Source of the DNA: an uncultured Planctomycetales bacterium
Lineage (GTDB): Bacteria > Omnitrophota > Gorgyraeia > Zapsychrales > GWA2-47-8
Reading direction: 5' to 3'
Length of the DNA stretch: 64,000 bases
Assembly: GCA_964499685.1 (NCBI GenBank)
Contig: CAZCLW010000001.1
Location: 119,859-183,858 of the forward strand
How positions within the stretch are numbered: position 1 is the stretch's first letter; every line of letters begins with the position of its first letter. Both the position numbers and the translations under genes were made by a program. Positions 60,609-64,000 of the stretch are shown piece by piece. The notes under the pieces were generated by a model. The model saw only the letters and a list, made by a program, of their open reading frames with translations. It did no database searches and was not told where the DNA came from.

Positions 60609-63600
60609 ATGTTTAGACACCTGCATAAAAGGCTTAAAAAAGGCCCGTTCCGGGCTTTATTTTTTATTTTTATATTTTCTTTCCTTAACTTGAACGTGCT
60701 TCCGGCGCAGGCTCAAACTTTGCCGATTTTGCCTCAACCCGGAAGCATGCTTCCGGTCAGCCCCGGTTTTGCCCCGCCTCACCTTAAGGGCATCAAAGTT
60801 TTCAGCGATAACCCGCTCCACTTTGATTTTTTCGTGCACCGCGGCGATACAGGTCTTTCGCAGGCCGAGATCCGCCAGGAATCCTTGAAACTGATCAAAT
60901 ATTTTTTGGCCACGCTCACCATCCCCGAGGATGAGCTTTGGGTCAACCTTTCTCCCTATGAAGAAAACCGCATTATCCCGGAACGTTTCGGCCAGACCGA
61001 AATGGGCCGCGATCTTTTGGCCCAGGATTATCTGCTCAAACAGCTGACCGCTTCTTTGATGTATCCGGAAGACGACCTGGGAAAAGAATTTTGGGGCCGC
61101 GTCTATAAGCGTGCGTATGAACTGTACGGCACAACGGAGATCCCCATCAATACTTTCAATAAAGTCTGGATCGTCCCTGACAAGGCCGTGGTCTTTGAGG
61201 ACGGCGATACGGCCTATGTCGTCGAAAGTCATTTGAAAGTCATGTTGGAAGAAGATTACGTTTCCATCAAGAATAATTTAAGCGACAAGCAGCGCGGCAC
61301 CGACCGGCTCAAAGAAGACGATGTGCGTATTTTGAGCAACGTCTCTTCGGGGATCGTCCGGGAGGTCCTTATCCCTGAGATCGAAAAAGAGATCAACGAG
61401 GGAAGGAACTTCTCCGGTTTGCGGCAGATCTATCATTCCATGATCCTGGCGGCCTGGTTCAAGCAGAACCTGAAGCAGTCGCTTCTGGGGCAAGTGTATG
61501 TCGACCAAAAGAAGACCAAAGGCATCGACACGGAAAATCCGCGCGATAAAGAGTTCATTTATGAGCAGTATCTGGAGGCGTTCCGCCGGGGCGTTTACAA
61601 TTTCATCAAGGAGGATTATGACCCGGTGACCCAGGAAGCCGTTGCGCGGCGTTACGTTTCGGGCGGCTTTCAGGGCGATGCTTTGTTCAGCCCGCAGGTG
61701 CTCAAGGCCGTCAATCGTGACCGTGTTTTTCAGCCTGACGGGCGGATAAACCCGGCGATGCTTTCAGTCAGGGCCCAGCAGAACATCGTGGCCCTGCCGC
61801 AGACCGCCGCCGAAGGCGACCTTTTCCGGGTGGAAACTAATTTTTATGAATTCGGCCGGCAGGCCGATCGACAGGAAGTCCGCCGTATCGCCCGAGGCAG
61901 TCAAGCCAACCCTGCCATGCTCGGTAAAAAACTGAGCAGCTTCCCGCAAGGAATAACACATCCGCGTTTAACGGAATTCAGGGAATTGGCCGCGGCCTTA
62001 TCCGAAAGGACTCTTCTCAGGGCAAGGTCTCTCCCTGAGGTCGATCAGGATAAAAGGAACTTGAGTTATGAATTGAGTTATGTCCTGTTGACTTCCGCGG
62101 CCTTAGGTGACCGTCAAACCTTTGAAGAAACGATGCGAAAAATGGAGGCGATCGTCGGTCAACCTTATACGGATGCCAATGTCCGCAGCAATGATCACAA
62201 TGCTTGGATGATGTGGATGCTCGGGCGCATGATGCTCGCCGAGGCCATGATCTCAGGGTCGAAGTCTCAAAAGATGAATGACCTTCAGGCCAAGATGGAT
62301 GAATTTTCACCATGGGCCTACAAAGGCCATCCCATGACGATCTGGGGAGAGGGCTACCGTCTCATGTGGCATGCGGTCGAGAACTCGGCTGAATATGACC
62401 GCCTCAAGTCTTCGATCGGAGAAAGATTGGGCGCCATGCCGGAGCGGAATCCCGATGAGGTCGATAATAAAGCCTGGGCCCACGTTGAGACATTCTATGC
62501 CTCTGCTTTAGCGGGTGACTTAGATACATATGACGGATTGGAAGAAGATACATTGCGTCTGGTCAGGTCCATGCGGCGGGTGGAAGGGTTCCAGGCCTGG
62601 GCGCTTGGTCAAATGCGCCTGGCAGCGGCTTTGATGAACGACCGGGTTTTTATCGAAAATACCGCGGAATTTGCAAAAGATATCATCGATCGTCCCGATA
62701 TACAGCCGCTCGACAAAGTAATGGCCCTGAACATGACCATTGCGGCGGATGCCGTGTCTGTCAATCCCGCGATGTTGGCCCAATCGCCTTCTGAAACGCC
62801 GGATGACTGGGGAAGCGAACGGGGCAATCTGGCTAAGAAATTGGGCGCCATTCCACACCGTGAGGTCAAAGGAAGACCGGAAAATTCTTACAGCGTGAAC
62901 CGGGCGGTGCGATTGGCTTTTGAAGCGAACAAGACTGAAGAAATACCTGAGGAGATCCGGACTGCTTTAATGGAATATTTGGACGAAGAGGAAGTTGCCA
63001 TGGCAGTCGGGGATACAGGTCTTACAGCGAAAATATTGCAGGCCAAGGCGACTGACGCCGAGACACGGCTCATCCTCGTCGAGGATATACAGGCCAATTC
63101 GCCGGCCATTGTCATCCGTGATGCCGATAATTTTCAGGTAGCGCATATCGGCCCTTCCCGGCAATCGCTCTATCTGGGTAAAAGATTCGTCGAGCAGCTC
63201 CATCAATCAAATTCCGCGGAGGACAAGGAGATCTTGAACGCGTTTTTGACCCGTGAACTGGTAGCCCTGGTCAAGTTCAATGAAGTTTACACCGGGAACA
63301 ATTATGACGACGCGATCCGCCAAGCCGAGGATATAGCCGAGAATTTTGAGAAGATGCTTTTATCCCGACGCTTAGGGAGTGCAGACCGTTTGGACGGCCG
63401 TTTGCGGCAGGCGGTGAATGAGTTCCTGGAAGTCGGCCGGCCGCAATTCCATTTTGGTATCCGTAGCGGCCTGCAGTTGATGGCCGGTCGTCACAATATC
63501 AGTCTTACATCCGACCCGCTGGATAATCTTGCCGTTCACAAGGAGTTTATCGAGAAGGCCTTTAATTTGCCAGTCTCTCAGCAAACAACGCTTCTGCGGA

Positions 63601-63999
63601 ATTACCGCAGCTTTATTGACACTAACCGGGTTTTTATCGACCTGTTCTTTTCTCCGGATGAACGGCAGGGATTGGAGCAGCTTAGGCCGCGTATCGGTTA
63701 TTATCAGGGAGACCACTTGACCTCCTTCCCTGCGCAGGAATTAATGGCCTTTGACCATATCCGCCGGACCCGGCCGCAAATGGTTGAACAAGAAATTGAA
63801 CTGGCCAAAAGAGATATCCCGCCGATCACGGCGGAACTTCCCTCTGAGGAGCTCTTCCGTCGTTTGCGGGAGCATTCGCAGAATATTTTGTCCGGGCTGG
63901 CCATCCATCCGACCCTCCGGAACCAGCTCACGCAGGAAGTAGAAAGCCATCTGTACAAAGAGCTTATTAGCCGTCCCTCGACGGACAGACGTATTGTGT
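60609..63999 (+). CDS. Large secreted protein, 3'-truncated by the window edge (>=1130 aa). Unknown function; possibly a second giant gene.
   Basis: ATG at 60609. I translated the frame by hand and found no stop through nt 63999. The N-terminus MFRHLHKRLKKGPFRALFFIFIFSFLNLNVLPAQAQT is a signal peptide (AQA|QT). It is absent from the ORF track only because it has no stop in the window. The minus-strand ORFs 60657..61232, 61278..61508 etc. are shadows. Confidence 0.75.
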   Translation, partial: MFRHLHKRLKKGPFRALFFIFIFSFLNLNVLPAQAQTLPILPQPGSMLPVSPGFAPPHLKGIKVFSDNPLHFDFFVHRGDTGLSQAEIRQESLKLIKYFLATLTIPEDELWVNLSPYEENRIIPERFGQTEMGRDLLAQDYLLKQLTASLMYPEDDLGKEFWGRVYKRAYELYGTTEIPINTFNKVWIVPDKAVVFEDGDTAYVVESHLKVMLEEDYVSIKNNLSDKQRGTDRLKEDDVRILSNVSSGIVREVLIPEIEKEINEGRNFSGLRQIYHSMILAAWFKQNLKQSLLGQVYVDQKKTKGIDTENPRDKEFIYEQYLEAFRRGVYNFIKEDYDPVTQEAVARRYVSGGFQGDALFSPQVLKAVNRDRVFQPDGRINPAMLSVRAQQNIVALPQTAAEGDLFRVETNFYEFGRQADRQEVRRIARGSQANPAMLGKKLSSFPQGITHPRLTEFRELAAALSERTLLRARSLPEVDQDKRNLSYELSYVLLTSAALGDRQTFEETMRKMEAIVGQPYTDANVRSNDHNAWMMWMLGRMMLAEAMISGSKSQKMNDLQAKMDEFSPWAYKGHPMTIWGEGYRLMWHAVENSAEYDRLKSSIGERLGAMPERNPDEVDNKAWAHVETFYASALAGDLDTYDGLEEDTLRLVRSMRRVEGFQAWALGQMRLAAALMNDRVFIENTAEFAKDIIDRPDIQPLDKVMALNMTIAADAVSVNPAMLAQSPSETPDDWGSERGNLAKKLGAIPHREVKGRPENSYSVNRAVRLAFEANKTEEIPEEIRTALMEYLDEEEVAMAVGDTGLTAKILQAKATDAETRLILVEDIQANSPAIVIRDADNFQVAHIGPSRQSLYLGKRFVEQLHQSNSAEDKEILNAFLTRELVALVKFNEVYTGNNYDDAIRQAEDIAENFEKMLLSRRLGSADRLDGRLRQAVNEFLEVGRPQFHFGIRSGLQLMAGRHNISLTSDPLDNLAVHKEFIEKAFNLPVSQQTTLLRNYRSFIDTNRVFIDLFFSPDERQGLEQLRPRIGYYQGDHLTSFPAQELMAFDHIRRTRPQMVEQEIELAKRDIPPITAELPSEELFRRLREHSQNILSGLAIHPTLRNQLTQEVESHLYKELISRPSTDRRIV

Positions 64000-64000
64000 T

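Noticed and set aside
1-64000. Scan for CRISPR arrays, tRNA/rRNA genes, IS elements or integrases.
   Set aside because: I saw no direct-repeat/spacer periodicity, no tRNA-like cloverleaf candidates in the few intergenic regions, and no transposase or integrase motifs (DDE, tyrosine recombinase RHRY context) in any frame.

Overview
One uninterrupted + strand ORF (41..53044; 17,667 codons) takes up the first 53 kb. Its frame stays open back to nt 2 and it has no in-frame ATG before nt 311, so the true start may lie upstream of the window. Read from the translation, it encodes a giant polytopic mosaic protein. The N-terminus carries five tandem ~118-aa repeats. Then come at least two ECF-like sigma-70 region-2 and region-4 modules, several blocks of transmembrane (TM) helices containing intramembrane-protease motifs (CPBP/Abi EExxxR/FxxxH/HxxxN, an M50 site-2-protease HExxH, a further HExxH), and a PTS HPr-like domain. 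There are also HEAT repeats, a CHAT/caspase-like His/Cys pair, an aminoglycoside phosphotransferase (APH)-type and a Hanks-type (eukaryote-like Ser/Thr) protein-kinase domain, and two P-loop nucleoside-monophosphate (NMP) kinase-like domains. Further on there are four class-I S-adenosylmethionine (SAM)-dependent methyltransferase motifs, two alpha/beta-hydrolase GxSxG sites, a nucleotidyltransferase motif, a family-2 glycosyltransferase (GT2) domain, an amylo-alpha-1,6-glucosidase (GDE_C)-like six-hairpin glycosidase domain, coiled coils and a C-terminal TM anchor. Converging on its 3' end is a translationally coupled four-gene operon of paralogous prepilin/pseudopilin-like proteins on the minus strand (53047..55002). 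An AT-rich divergent promoter region (55003..55155) follows. The + strand then carries a tetratricopeptide-repeat (TPR)/coiled-coil secreted protein, a small membrane protein, protein-L-isoaspartate O-methyltransferase (pcm), a secreted DUF4139-like protein, two small secreted proteins and a rho-independent terminator. A second large signal-peptide ORF starts at 60609 and runs off the 3' edge. I saw no rRNA, tRNA, CRISPR array or recognisable IS/transposase. GC is roughly 50%. A giant gene next to a pilin cluster fits giant-gene-bearing uncultivated lineages such as Omnitrophota, but that taxonomic guess is inference only. All domain calls rest on motif recognition by eye and need HMM searches to confirm.
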